DNA of 34,974 nt, taken from positions 1 through 34,974 of the forward strand of contig JAKAMD010000001.1 in NCBI GenBank assembly GCA_021823875.1, in the 5' to 3' direction. The notes below the pieces were generated by a model. The model was not told the origin of the DNA, did no database searches, and saw only the letters and a list, made by a program, of their open reading frames with translations. The translations under genes and the position numbers were made by a program. The stretch is from Pseudomonadota bacterium. GTDB taxonomy: Bacteria; Pseudomonadota; Alphaproteobacteria; Rhizobiales; Xanthobacteraceae. Positions 20,122 to 29,542 of the stretch are shown here, one piece after another (the stretch's first letter is position 1; each line of letters starts with the position of its first letter).

Positions 20122-20718
20122 ATGCCCTCACACACCGTCGTCCACAAGAAGCCCCTGCGTCTCGATGACGAGATGCAGTTCATTCGTTCGTGGATCGAGA
20201 AGCCACTATCGACTGGCGCAGTCATGCCGTCGAGCAAGGCGCTGGCGCGCACTATGGCGCGCTATGTCGATCCGACTGCGAAGGGGCCAGTGATCGAGCT
20301 GGGACCCGGCACCGGCCCGGTCACCGAAGCGCTGGTACGACACGGCATCGATCCGGCGCGGCTTGTGCTGGTTGAGTTCAACAACGACTTCTGCCGTCTG
20401 CTGCGACAGCGCTATCCGGCGGCGACCGTGGTGCAGGGTGATGCTTATCGGCTGCGCCGCACCGTGCAGAACTATGTAAGCGATCCCGCCGCCGCGGTGG
20501 TGTCGAGCCTGCCGCTGCTGACCAAGCCGCTGCGTACGCGGCTGCGCCTGATGGCCGACGTGATGGCCTTGACCGCACACGGCGCGCCCTTCGTGCAGTT
20601 TACCTATGGCTTGGTGCCGCCAATTCCGAAATCGCTTTCCGGCATCACGGCACAAGCCTCCAACGTGATCTGGCTCAATTTGCCGCCGGCGCGCGTGTGG
20701 GTCTATCGCGCGCGCTAG
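20122..20718 (+). CDS. pmtA: Phospholipid N-methyltransferase (rhizobial PmtA type)
   Basis: F.RSW..KPL.TGAV.PSS, VIELGPGTG, FVQFTY and NLPPARVWVY motifs; the dnaJ-pmtA adjacency is known in bradyrhizobia. Confidence 0.9.
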   Translation: MPSHTVVHKKPLRLDDEMQFIRSWIEKPLSTGAVMPSSKALARTMARYVDPTAKGPVIELGPGTGPVTEALVRHGIDPARLVLVEFNNDFCRLLRQRYPAATVVQGDAYRLRRTVQNYVSDPAAAVVSSLPLLTKPLRTRLRLMADVMALTAHGAPFVQFTYGLVPPIPKSLSGITAQASNVIWLNLPPARVWVYRAR

Positions 20719-20737
20719 ATTTTCTGGCCCCTGCACC

Positions 20738-20828
20738 GTCATGCCCGGCCTTGTGCCGGGCATCCACGTCTTTAGGGCGTCACAGGCGCGATCAAGACGT
20801 GGATGGCCGGGACAAGCCCGGCCATGAC
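20738..20828. repeat. Complete REP-like palindromic element
   Basis: GTCATGCCCGGCCTTGTGCCGGGCATCCACGTCTT-spacer-AAGACGTGGATGGCCGGGACAAGCCCGGCCATGAC forms an imperfect ~35-bp inverted repeat. Confidence 0.9.
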
Positions 20829-20878
20829 CATCGAGGGAGCGGTGTGTTAAGGAAGGCCGCAGCTTTTTGGAGCCGCCG

Positions 20879-21460
20879 ATGCCGATCCCCAAGATCCTCG
20901 TCTTCGCCTCCTCGACACGCACCGGCTCTCATAATGCGAAGCTGGCGGCGCTGGCGGCCAAGGAGCTGACGCTGATCGACGCCGACGTCACCCGCATCTC
21001 GCTCGTCGACTATCCTTTGCCGCTCTACGATCCCGATCTTGACGCGCGCACCGGCCCGCCGGCCCATGCACTCAAGCTCAAGCAGATGATCATGGCGCAT
21101 CACGGCGTCTTCATCGCCAGCGCCGAATACACGGCCTCGGTGACGCCGCTGATCAAAAACGCCATCGACTGGGTCTCGCGCGTGCGCGAGAAAGGCGATC
21201 CGGCCAATGCCGCCTTCAAGAACCGTGTGTTCGCGCTCAGCGCTGCTTCGGTCGATCCGGCCGGCGGCGTGCATTCGCTCATGGCCTTGCGCCAGATCCT
21301 CGAGATCGGTTGCGGCGCACTGGTGATCCCCGAGCAGGTGGCGATCCCTGCCGCCGACCAGGCGTTTGACGAGATGGACAACCTGGTCGACCTGCGCACC
21401 GCCAATCTTTTCAAAGCCCAGTTGCAGCGCCTGGTCGATGTGGCGCAGCTCATGATGTGA
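20879..21460 (+). CDS. NADPH-dependent FMN reductase
   Basis: [16 protein letters not shown] and EY..S....KNAIDWVSR motifs. Confidence 0.92.
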   Translation: MPIPKILVFASSTRTGSHNAKLAALAAKELTLIDADVTRISLVDYPLPLYDPDLDARTGPPAHALKLKQMIMAHHGVFIASAEYTASVTPLIKNAIDWVSRVREKGDPANAAFKNRVFALSAASVDPAGGVHSLMALRQILEIGCGALVIPEQVAIPAADQAFDEMDNLVDLRTANLFKAQLQRLVDVAQLMM

Positions 21461-21476
21461 ATGCGAGGAGGCTTAC

Positions 21477-22181
21477 TTGTCGCTCGATGCGCGTGAACGC
21501 TTGATTGTCGCTCTCGATGTGCCGTCGGTGGCTAAAGCCGAGGCGCTGGTGGCGCGGCTGGGTGAATCAGTGTGGTTCTACAAGATCGGCTATCAGCTCG
21601 CCTTTGCCGGCGGATTGCCCTTCGCGGCTGGCTTGATCGCGGCCGGCAAGCAGGTGTTCCTCGATCTCAAGCTGCACGACATCGGCAACACCGTGACCAA
21701 GGGTGTGGAAAGTGTCGCGGAGCTCGGCGCCACCTTCCTCACCGTGCATGCCTATCCGCAGACCATGAAAGCGGCGGTGGAAGGCAAGCGCGGCTCGACC
21801 CTGCGCATCCTCGCGGTCACCGTGCTCACCTCCTACGACGATGCCGATCTCGCCGCCGCCGGCTACGATATGGGCGTTGCTGAGCTGGCCGCGGCGCGCG
21901 CCATGCAGGCGCGCGACATCGGTGTCGACGGGCTGGTCTGCTCGGCGGAGGAAGCGGGCAATCTGCGCAGCATCGTGGGGCCGGGCATGGCGCTGGTGAC
22001 GCCTGGCATCCGGCCAGCGGGCAGCGCCTCGGGCGACCAGAAGCGCATCATGACGCCGGCGCGGGCGGTTGAAGCCGGCGCCGATTATCTGGTGGTTGGC
22101 CGGCCGGTGGTGGAAGCGGCCGATCCCCGGGCGGCGGCGGATGCCATTGTTGCCGAGATCGAACAGGCGACGGGCAAGTAA
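21477..22181 (+). CDS. pyrF: Orotidine-5'-phosphate decarboxylase
   Basis: [35 protein letters not shown] and VVGRP motifs; GAGGAG RBS before a TTG start. Confidence 0.98.
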   Translation: MSLDARERLIVALDVPSVAKAEALVARLGESVWFYKIGYQLAFAGGLPFAAGLIAAGKQVFLDLKLHDIGNTVTKGVESVAELGATFLTVHAYPQTMKAAVEGKRGSTLRILAVTVLTSYDDADLAAAGYDMGVAELAAARAMQARDIGVDGLVCSAEEAGNLRSIVGPGMALVTPGIRPAGSASGDQKRIMTPARAVEAGADYLVVGRPVVEAADPRAAADAIVAEIEQATGK

Positions 22182-22194
22182 CGGGAGGACAGCG

Positions 22195-22497
22195 ATGGCG
22201 AAGGGCTACTGGATCGGCCGCGTCAATGTGCACAACGAGGAAGGCTACAAGCCCTATGCCGCGGCCAACGCGGCGATCTTCAAGAAGTTCGGCGCAAAAT
22301 TCGTGGTGCGTGCCGGCAAATTCGAATGCCCGGAAGGCGCGGCGCGCTCGCGCAATGTGGTGATCGAATTTCCCGACTACGCCACTGCGCTCGCCTGCTA
22401 CCACTCGCCGGAATACCAGCAGAACATCAAGGTGCGGCAGCCGCATTCGGTCGCCGACATCCTCATCATCGAAGGTTATGACGGCCCGCAGCCCTAG
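22195..22497 (+). CDS. DUF1330 family protein
   Basis: KGYWI, G.KF.VR.G...PEG, RNVVIEFP and A.ACY.SPEYQ motifs; GGAGG RBS. Confidence 0.92.
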   Translation: MAKGYWIGRVNVHNEEGYKPYAAANAAIFKKFGAKFVVRAGKFECPEGAARSRNVVIEFPDYATALACYHSPEYQQNIKVRQPHSVADILIIEGYDGPQP

Positions 22498-22548
22498 GCG
22501 TTCGTCGTTCGCCGCGCTATACCGCCGCGACATTTCGGGAGATCAATT

Positions 22549-23364
22549 ATGGCCGATATGCGCTTGATCGTGGCGGGGGCCGGCGGACGCATGGGGCGCA
22601 CGCTGGTGAAGGCCATCGCCGAAACCAAGGGTCTCGCGCTCGCCGGTGCGTTGGAAGACGCGCGTTCGCCGCTGATCGGCAAGGACGCTGGCGTGCTGGC
22701 CGGGCTGTCTGAAAACGGCATTAAGCTCACCGCCGACGCGGCCTCGCTGTTGGAGCAGGCCGACGGCATCATCGATTTCACGGTGCCGGTGGCGACCGTG
22801 GCCTATGCCGCGCTCGCCGCCAAGCGCGGCAAGGTGCAAGTGATCGGGACTACCGGCTTAAGCACGGGCGATGAGGCCAAGATAAAGGATGCGGCAAGCA
22901 AGGCAGTCATCGTCAAGTCCGGCAATATGAGCCTGGGCGTCAACCTGCTGGCGGCGCTGACAAAACGCGTGGCCAAGACGCTGGACGACTTGTTTGACAT
23001 TGAAATCCTTGAAATGCATCACAACCAGAAGGTCGACGCGCCCTCCGGTACCGCGCTCTTGCTCGGACGCGCGGCCGCCGAGGGCCGCGGCATCGATCTC
23101 GACCAGCATGCGGTCAAGGCGCGCGAGGGCCATACCGGCAAGCGCACGCCCGGCGACATCGGCTTCGCCACCCTGCGCGGCGGCACCGTGGTGGGCGAGC
23201 ACACCGTGATGTTCGCGGGTCCCGCCGAGCGGATCGAGCTCACCCACAAGGCCGAGGACCGCATGATTTTCGCGCGCGGCGCGCTGCATGCGGCACTATG
23301 GGCGCGCGGCCAGACGCCGGGGCTCTATTCGATGATGGATGTGCTCGGCCTGAAGAATTTTTGA
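22549..23364 (+). CDS. dapB: 4-hydroxy-tetrahydrodipicolinate reductase
   Basis: [36 protein letters not shown] and R.G.VVGEH motifs. Confidence 0.98.
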   Translation: MADMRLIVAGAGGRMGRTLVKAIAETKGLALAGALEDARSPLIGKDAGVLAGLSENGIKLTADAASLLEQADGIIDFTVPVATVAYAALAAKRGKVQVIGTTGLSTGDEAKIKDAASKAVIVKSGNMSLGVNLLAALTKRVAKTLDDLFDIEILEMHHNQKVDAPSGTALLLGRAAAEGRGIDLDQHAVKAREGHTGKRTPGDIGFATLRGGTVVGEHTVMFAGPAERIELTHKAEDRMIFARGALHAALWARGQTPGLYSMMDVLGLKNF

Positions 23365-23399
23365 GCGGGCTGTGTCGCGCCCATCGGCCAGGCCGCCGC

Positions 23400-24512
23400 T
23401 CAATCCGGGTTATCGCGTGTCGCAGTCTTCGACGCGCTGTGCGCAACCTTGAGATTGGGCACGAGCGGCAGGCCCTGGCGTTTCTTGTCTGCGATCTCCG
23501 CGGCCACCTTGCGCATCTGCACGAAACGCGCAGCCGTAATCGGATGCGTGGTGGCGAGGCGGATGCTGTCAGGGTCTTCCTGCGCAAACCGCCGCCAAAC
23601 TTCTTCGCTGCCGGAAATATCGTAGCCGGCGCGCGCCGCGTAATAGGCGCCGACATAATCGGCTTCGCGCTCGAAGTCGACGCTGAAGGCTTGGGCGCCA
23701 ACCTTCTCGAAATGCCGGGTGAAGGTGGTACCGGTGTAGATGCCGCCCAGCATGAAACCGCCGTCGACCAGGGCGCCACCGACGGCGCCCAGAAACGCAT
23801 TCTGCTCCTTCTTCTGGTAGTAACCCATGGTCACATGGGCAAGCTCATGCCCTACGATGACGGCGAGATCGGCGTCGCTCTGAGCCACGCGCAAAATGCC
23901 TGAATTGAGCACGATCTTATCATTGGTGGTGTAGGCATTCGCTGTCTGATTGCTGACATAGCGGATCGGAATTGCGCAAGCCGGCACCGGCAAGACCGTG
24001 CGCAGCGTATCGACGCCGTCACGCCGCACCATGATTTGCACGGGCGCCTCGCCATGCCGCTGCAGCCAGCGATCCATCCAGCGCGCGGTTCCGGTCGCCG
24101 GTACCACTTCGTTGTCGAGCGTGAGAATCTGATCGCCGACCTTGATGCCGGCGACCGCCGCCGGCGAGTCGCTGGCAATCGAGATCACGGCCGGCTTGCT
24201 CCAGCCGATCTGCAGTGCCTCATGGGTATAGGAGCGGTATTTGCGCGGCAGGCCCCGCACGGTGGCGGCGTGGAGCCCGATTTGCGTGGCGACGTTCTTG
24301 CAGAACTGGCGGTTGGCGACGCGGATGTGGAAACCGACATTGTCGACGCGCGCGACCGCAGCGTAATAGGCGCGGATCTGGTCGATCTGCTCCTTGCGCT
24401 GCTCGTTGGCGACGTCCTGGGCCGGCAGCATGGGCAGCTTGCTCGCCGGCATGGCGCAACCCGCGCACAACCACGCGCTCGCAATCACGCCCCACCACCG
24501 ACGCCGTGACAC
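23400..24512 (-). CDS. M48-family zinc metallopeptidase lipoprotein with PDZ domain
   Basis: Lipobox LCAGC; PDZ motif SPAAVAGIKVGDQI; NAY, HELAH (HExxH), FS..FEREADY.G and THP...R motifs; GTG start. Confidence 0.9.
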   Translation of the reverse strand: MSRRRWWGVIASAWLCAGCAMPASKLPMLPAQDVANEQRKEQIDQIRAYYAAVARVDNVGFHIRVANRQFCKNVATQIGLHAATVRGLPRKYRSYTHEALQIGWSKPAVISIASDSPAAVAGIKVGDQILTLDNEVVPATGTARWMDRWLQRHGEAPVQIMVRRDGVDTLRTVLPVPACAIPIRYVSNQTANAYTTNDKIVLNSGILRVAQSDADLAVIVGHELAHVTMGYYQKKEQNAFLGAVGGALVDGGFMLGGIYTGTTFTRHFEKVGAQAFSVDFEREADYVGAYYAARAGYDISGSEEVWRRFAQEDPDSIRLATTHPITAARFVQMRKVAAEIADKKRQGLPLVPNLKVAHSASKTATRDNPD

Positions 24513-24676
24513 CGGAAGTCCCCCAAAGACGGGGGAGTTTGCGCCCGCGCTGCAACCGGATCAAGTAATAGTTGCAAGTATCGAAAAAACACCGAATGGT
24601 TAGCGCGTGTTGTCTACCGGCAGCCAAGACACAAGCCGGATGAAATTGGCGTCTTGCGGGGCTTACGATTGATGAT

Positions 24677-25564
24677 TCAGCGCTTGCCGCGATTGGCCCA
24701 ATAGACCGACAGGCCCGAGCCATCCGCGGCAGCAAGGCCGTTCTGGCTGGCTTCGTCGAACGAGGCCAAGGCCGCGGTCGCAGCCGGCATGGCGGCGCCC
24801 TTGGCTTTTCCGGTCGCGAGCATGGTGCGCAAATCCTTGCAAGCGTCGGAAATGTTGAACGTAGTCGGCCCGGGCGGGCGGCCCTCGAGCATGGCGACAA
24901 TCATGTCGGCGCGGTTCTTCAGCGCGTTGTTGGCACCGCTCGTGTCGGTGAACAGATCAAGCAGGCGCTTCGGCTCCCAGCCGAGATCGCGGCAGATCGC
25001 GAAGGCTTCGCCATAGGCCTGCCACGCCACCATCAGTGGCAGATTGATGGCGAGCTTCATGGTCGATCCGGCGCCGACCGGTCCGCAATGTTCCAGCCGG
25101 CGACAGAGCGGTTGCAAGATCGGCGTGGCACGTTCGGCGTCGGCGGGCTCCGCGCCCATCAAACCGATCAACTTGCCTTGCCGCGCCGGCGGGACCGAAC
25201 CGCCAACTGGACACTCCACCAGCACCGCGCCTTTGACCCGCACCTTGGCCGCTAGTGCGACATTCACCTCCGGTGGCACCGTGCTCATTTCGATGAACAG
25301 TTTGCCGGCGACCGCACCCGACAAGAGACCATCCGGCCCGTTGTAGACCTGCTCGATGGCGGCGCCATCAGTGAGAATAGTGAGTACGGCATTCGTTTTG
25401 CTGGCGAGCTCGGCCGGCGTTGCCGCGATCGCGGCGCCGGCGTCGATGACCGGCTTGGTCTTACCGGGCGAGCGGTTCCAGACGGTAACCTGATGGCCGA
25501 CCTCCATCAGCCGCAGCGCGATCGCCGCGCCCATTTTGCCGATACCGGCAACTCCGATGTGCAT
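24677..25564 (-). CDS. NAD(P)-dependent beta-hydroxyacid dehydrogenase (HIBADH/tartronate semialdehyde reductase family)
   Basis: GIGKMG, VWNRS..K, EMSTV.P, PVGGS...A..G.L, MKL..N and KDL motifs. Confidence 0.92.
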   Translation of the reverse strand: MHIGVAGIGKMGAAIALRLMEVGHQVTVWNRSPGKTKPVIDAGAAIAATPAELASKTNAVLTILTDGAAIEQVYNGPDGLLSGAVAGKLFIEMSTVPPEVNVALAAKVRVKGAVLVECPVGGSVPPARQGKLIGLMGAEPADAERATPILQPLCRRLEHCGPVGAGSTMKLAINLPLMVAWQAYGEAFAICRDLGWEPKRLLDLFTDTSGANNALKNRADMIVAMLEGRPPGPTTFNISDACKDLRTMLATGKAKGAAMPAATAALASFDEASQNGLAAADGSGLSVYWANRGKR

Positions 25565-25634
25565 GACGTTTCTCACTCTTGTGTTGTCGCGCTGCGTTTA
25601 GCGGCCCTGTCGGTCGCGCGACCGAAAAGAGCGC

Positions 25635-26309
25635 TCAATTTTCGCCAAACAATGACTGACGCACCGCGCGCAAATGCTGCCGCATGGTTTCAGCGGCCCG
25701 CTCGGGATCGCGGTGGCGCAAGGCATCGAAAACCTCGGCGTGTTCCTGGATGACGCGCTTGATCGTCCGGGTCGGTTCGATCGGCCGGCGCAAACGCCCA
25801 AACAGCTCGCGATTCCGGTTGGCCTGCACGACGTCGAAAATGACCAGCATCAGTGCATTGCCGGCCGCATGCGCGATCGCCCGATGCAAGCGGCAGTCCC
25901 AGACCTCAAAGGTATTCCAGTTGTCGACCGACTCCATCTTCTGCATGCAGTTGTCGATCTCGGTGAAATCGCTGCCCTTGGCGCGATAGGCCGCAAGCCG
26001 CGCCAACTCGGGCTCGATTGACAGACGCGCTTCCATCACCTCGCGTGGATTGGTCAGGTCGGCGAGCGGTGAGATCTGCAGGGGTATCGCCGAAGGAAGT
26101 AGGCGGCGTCCGAAAAAGGTCCCCTTTCCGACATGGCGCCAGACCAATCCTTCGGCGGCCAGTTTCTTCAGACCGGAACGCAATCGGTTGCGGGTCAGCC
26201 CAAGGATGACCGCCAGTTCGCGTTCGGGCGGCAGCCGCTCCTGCTCGGCAAACTCTTGTTGGCTGATGTAGTCGCGAAGACGGGCAAGATCCGCTTCAGC
26301 CTGTCGCAT
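25635..26309 (-). CDS. GntR family regulator, FadR subfamily (FCD domain)
   Basis: RLPPERELA..LG..R..LR, GKGTF, EAR..IEP..A.LAA, D..LH..IA.A.GN, EH and M..HL motifs; GGAGA RBS. Confidence 0.95.
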   Translation of the reverse strand: MRQAEADLARLRDYISQQEFAEQERLPPERELAVILGLTRNRLRSGLKKLAAEGLVWRHVGKGTFFGRRLLPSAIPLQISPLADLTNPREVMEARLSIEPELARLAAYRAKGSDFTEIDNCMQKMESVDNWNTFEVWDCRLHRAIAHAAGNALMLVIFDVVQANRNRELFGRLRRPIEPTRTIKRVIQEHAEVFDALRHRDPERAAETMRQHLRAVRQSLFGEN

Positions 26310-26389
26310 GGTTATCTCCACACAATGGGCAAACCGCCACCCCCGAATTGCGCACCCATATTGAACCAAAATCCACCCAATTGGAAATA

Positions 26390-26443
26390 TGATCTAGATC
26401 AATTTTTGGTAAAGTTGACAACCCTTCCTACATTGACGATCCT
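26390..26443 (+). promoter_or_regulatory. GntR-type operator and sigma70-like promoter for the catabolic operon
   Basis: Perfect 12-bp palindrome TGATCTAGATCA (26390-26401), followed by TTGACA (26415)-N17-GATCCT. Confidence 0.6.
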
Positions 26444-26476
26444 TTTCGCCTAAAGGATGCATGGGAGGCCGCTTGA

Positions 26477-27526
26477 ATGGTGCAAGCCTCGGTCTCGGAG
26501 GCCTCGCTGGCTCGCAGCCTCGCGCATCCGCAATTCGTCTCAGCCGAAACCACCCAAAGTGTCCTCGCCTGGCCGGAAATCATCGCGCGCCTGCGCGCCG
26601 CTTACAGTGTTCCGCACGGTCCAGCAGCCAGCCCGCCGCGCGTAGTCGCCCGCGGCACCGATCGAACCTGGCTCAGGGCGCTCGCCGCCGTTCCGCCGGG
26701 CGGGCGCTTCATGGGCGCCAAGCTTTTCGGTTTCGGGCGCCAACGTTCGGTCAGTTATCTCATCGCGCTGTTTGAGCAGGAAACCGGGGCGCTGGCGGCA
26801 CTGGTCGACGGCAATCTGGTCACTGCCTATCGCACCGCCGCCACCTCGGCGGTGGCGGTCGAGCGCTTGGCGCCGCAAGGGCCGCTCATCCTGGGCGTGC
26901 TCGGCAGCGGGCTCGAGGCACAGATGCACGCCCGCGCCATTGCGGCGGTGCGGCCGCTGCGCGAACTGCGCGTCTACAGCCCCACGCCGCGCAATCGCGA
27001 AGCCTTCGCCATCCGCTTCACCGAAGAGCTTGGTGTGCCCTGCACACCGGTCGCGCGGCCGGAAGTTGCCGTGATTGGCGTCGATCTGGTCGCGGCGGCG
27101 GCCCGTTCGCACGATGAAAGCCCGATTCTGCGCGGCGAATGGTTGAAGCCGGGCCAGATGGTGGTTTCGATCGGTTCCACCCTGCCCGACCAGCGTGAAA
27201 TCGATGAGCAGGTCGTGGCGGCGGCGGATCTGATTGTCTGCGACATGCCGGACGAGGTTATCGCGGAAACCGGCGATATGATCGCGGCGGCTGCCGCCAA
27301 AGTGCCATTTGAGCAGAAGATTATCTCGCTCAATGAATTGATGACCGGTAAGGACATGACCGGCAAAGATTTGGGCACTCGCGTCGCGGCGGCGCGTCTG
27401 CCGATGTACAAATCGGTTGGCGCCGCCCTGCAAGACGTTGTGGTGGCCGAATTAGCATTCGAATGCGCAAGCAAGAAAGGTTTGATCGAGTCTCTGCCAA
27501 TTGGATTTCTAATGAAGCAAACGTGA
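26477..27526 (+). CDS. Ornithine cyclodeaminase / mu-crystallin family protein (imine reductase-like)
   Basis: G.K, DG..VT..RTAA.SAVA, GSG.EA, RVYSPT, SIGS, REID and YKSVG.A.QD motifs; GGAGG RBS. Confidence 0.93.
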   Translation: MVQASVSEASLARSLAHPQFVSAETTQSVLAWPEIIARLRAAYSVPHGPAASPPRVVARGTDRTWLRALAAVPPGGRFMGAKLFGFGRQRSVSYLIALFEQETGALAALVDGNLVTAYRTAATSAVAVERLAPQGPLILGVLGSGLEAQMHARAIAAVRPLRELRVYSPTPRNREAFAIRFTEELGVPCTPVARPEVAVIGVDLVAAAARSHDESPILRGEWLKPGQMVVSIGSTLPDQREIDEQVVAAADLIVCDMPDEVIAETGDMIAAAAAKVPFEQKIISLNELMTGKDMTGKDLGTRVAAARLPMYKSVGAALQDVVVAELAFECASKKGLIESLPIGFLMKQT

Positions 27527-27582
27527 GGTTTTGGCGCGTGCGTCAATGTCTCGCGGACAGTAACCGACGGGAGGAGAAGACC

Positions 27583-28608
27583 ATGCGAATGAGTAAATAC
27601 GCACCCTTCGCTTTCCTCGCACTTGCGGCAAGCTTCGCGGTGCCTGCGACAGCATCGGCCATGGACCATTTGAAATACGGCATGCTGCGGGTGCCGCAGG
27701 CGGTGCTGGTCGGAATCGCCAAGGGCTTCTTCAAGGAAAAGAACATCGACGTCGAGATCGTGTTGTTCCGCTCCGGCGCTCAGACCGTGCCGGCGCTGTC
27801 GACCGGACAGGTGGATCTGGTGTCGACCTCGCCAGGCGCCGCGCTCTACAACGCGCTATCGCAAGGCGTGAAAGCCAAGATCGTCGCCGATTATTTCGTG
27901 CCCGGGCCGAAACAGCCGGGCGGCGATCCCAACGGCATCGCCGTCCGCAAAGACCTGATCACTAGCGGCAAGTTCAAGGGACCGGCTGACGCCAAGGGCC
28001 TGACTTTCGCGATTACCGCGCGCGGGCAATTCACCGATCTGTTTGCCCGGGAGTTCCTCAAGCTCGGCGGTCTGACCGAAAAGGACGTGCGGATCGTCAC
28101 CATGTCCTATCCGGACATGCTCGCCGCCCTGAAGGGCAAGGCGATCGATCTCGCCTCCGCCATCGATCCCGGGCTCTATCGCGCCGAGCAGGAAGGCATT
28201 GCCGTGCGTTACAAAAAGCTGTCGGACGTCATGCCCGGGCTCAACCTCGGCGTCACCATGTATGGCGAGCGGCTGATCGAGAAAGACCGCGATCTCGGCA
28301 TGCGCTTCATGGCGGCTTATCAGAAAGCCAATTCCTATCTGCGCAAACGTCTGACCGAGCCGGGCGGCCGCAAGGAAATCGCGGAAATCTATCAGAAATA
28401 CCTGCCGCTGCCGGATCCTTCGCTATACGAGAAGATCGGCCTCGGCATGGGTTATGAGAAAATGACGGTCAATGTCGACGGCAAATACGGCCTGCGCTGG
28501 CAGCTCAAGCAGCACGTCGCCAGCGGGCTGGTGCCGCATCCGCCGAAACTCGCCGATATCGTCGACCAATCCTTCGCCGAAGCGGCGTGGAAGGGCCGCA
28601 ACCAATAA
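27583..28608 (+). CDS. ABC transporter substrate-binding protein (SsuA/TauA/NMT1-THI5 type)
   Basis: Signal peptide; KGFFKE.NIDVE...F.SG and AL.TGQVD motifs; GGAGGAG RBS. Confidence 0.9.
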   Translation: MRMSKYAPFAFLALAASFAVPATASAMDHLKYGMLRVPQAVLVGIAKGFFKEKNIDVEIVLFRSGAQTVPALSTGQVDLVSTSPGAALYNALSQGVKAKIVADYFVPGPKQPGGDPNGIAVRKDLITSGKFKGPADAKGLTFAITARGQFTDLFAREFLKLGGLTEKDVRIVTMSYPDMLAALKGKAIDLASAIDPGLYRAEQEGIAVRYKKLSDVMPGLNLGVTMYGERLIEKDRDLGMRFMAAYQKANSYLRKRLTEPGGRKEIAEIYQKYLPLPDPSLYEKIGLGMGYEKMTVNVDGKYGLRWQLKQHVASGLVPHPPKLADIVDQSFAEAAWKGRNQ

Positions 28609-28616
28609 CTGAAAGT

Positions 28617-28650
28617 GCGGGGACCGGAGGCGACCCTTGCCGGCCCCCGC
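28617..28650 (+). other. Intercistronic stem-loop after the substrate-binding protein gene
   Basis: GCGGGG-A-CCGG...CCGG-C-CCCCGC inverted repeat without a U-tract. Confidence 0.5.
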
Positions 28651-28720
28651 CATCGAGACCAAGCTACCGGCCGGTTGCCGCGCTCCCCAAACGTCAAGCC
28701 GATCGTCAAGATTTGCGCGC

Positions 28721-29542
28721 ATGAAACCGAAAATCGCCATCCGCAATGTCAGCCGTTTCTTCGACGTGAAGGGCGGCACGTTTCAGGCTTTGCGCAACGT
28801 CAATCTGGAGGTCGGCGCCGAGCAGTTTCTCTGCATCGTCGGCCCGAGCGGCTGCGGCAAATCGACCCTGCTGCGCATGCTGGGCGGATTGGAGATGGCC
28901 AGCACCGGCGACATCAGCATTGCGCACGATAATCCGGCGCGGCCGCTCACCGCCATGATCTTCCAGCAGGAGTCGGTGTTCCCCTGGCTGACGGTCGAAA
29001 AGAATGCCGCTTACGGGCTGCAGGTGACCAATAACTGGCGCGGCGCCGAGAGCGCCGAACGCGTCACCTACTTCCTCGAGAAGACGGGTCTGCTGAAGTT
29101 CCGCGATTTCTACCCCTACCAGCTTTCCGGCGGCATGAAGCAGCGCCTGTCGGTGGCGCGCGCCTTCGTCACCAATCCGGAAATCCTCTTGATGGATGAG
29201 CCGTTCGCCGCGCTCGACGAGCAGAACAAGCTGCTGCTGCAGCAGGAGCTCGGCAAATTGTGGGAGGAATTCCGCAGCACGGTGGTCTTTATCACGCACA
29301 GCCTGGACGAGGCGGTGCTGCTGGGCGATCGCGTCATGGTCATGAGTTCGGCGCCGGGACATATCAAGCAGGCCTTCGACATTCCGTTCGCGCGGCCGCG
29401 CGACTTCCTCGAACTGCGCCAGCAGGACGATTTCCATCACCTGACCCGGCAGATGTGGGAGCTGCTGCGCCAGGAAGTGGAGGCGGCGCGCGCCCAGGAA
29501 GCCGGCCGCCTCAGCCAGGAAAGGGCACGCCGCAATGGCTGA
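28721..29542 (+). CDS. ABC transporter ATP-binding protein (TauB/SsuB type)
   Basis: GPSGCGKST, LSGGMKQR, LLMDEPF.ALD and FITH motifs. Start could be TTG 28637. Confidence 0.96.
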   Translation: MKPKIAIRNVSRFFDVKGGTFQALRNVNLEVGAEQFLCIVGPSGCGKSTLLRMLGGLEMASTGDISIAHDNPARPLTAMIFQQESVFPWLTVEKNAAYGLQVTNNWRGAESAERVTYFLEKTGLLKFRDFYPYQLSGGMKQRLSVARAFVTNPEILLMDEPFAALDEQNKLLLQQELGKLWEEFRSTVVFITHSLDEAVLLGDRVMVMSSAPGHIKQAFDIPFARPRDFLELRQQDDFHHLTRQMWELLRQEVEAARAQEAGRLSQERARRNG

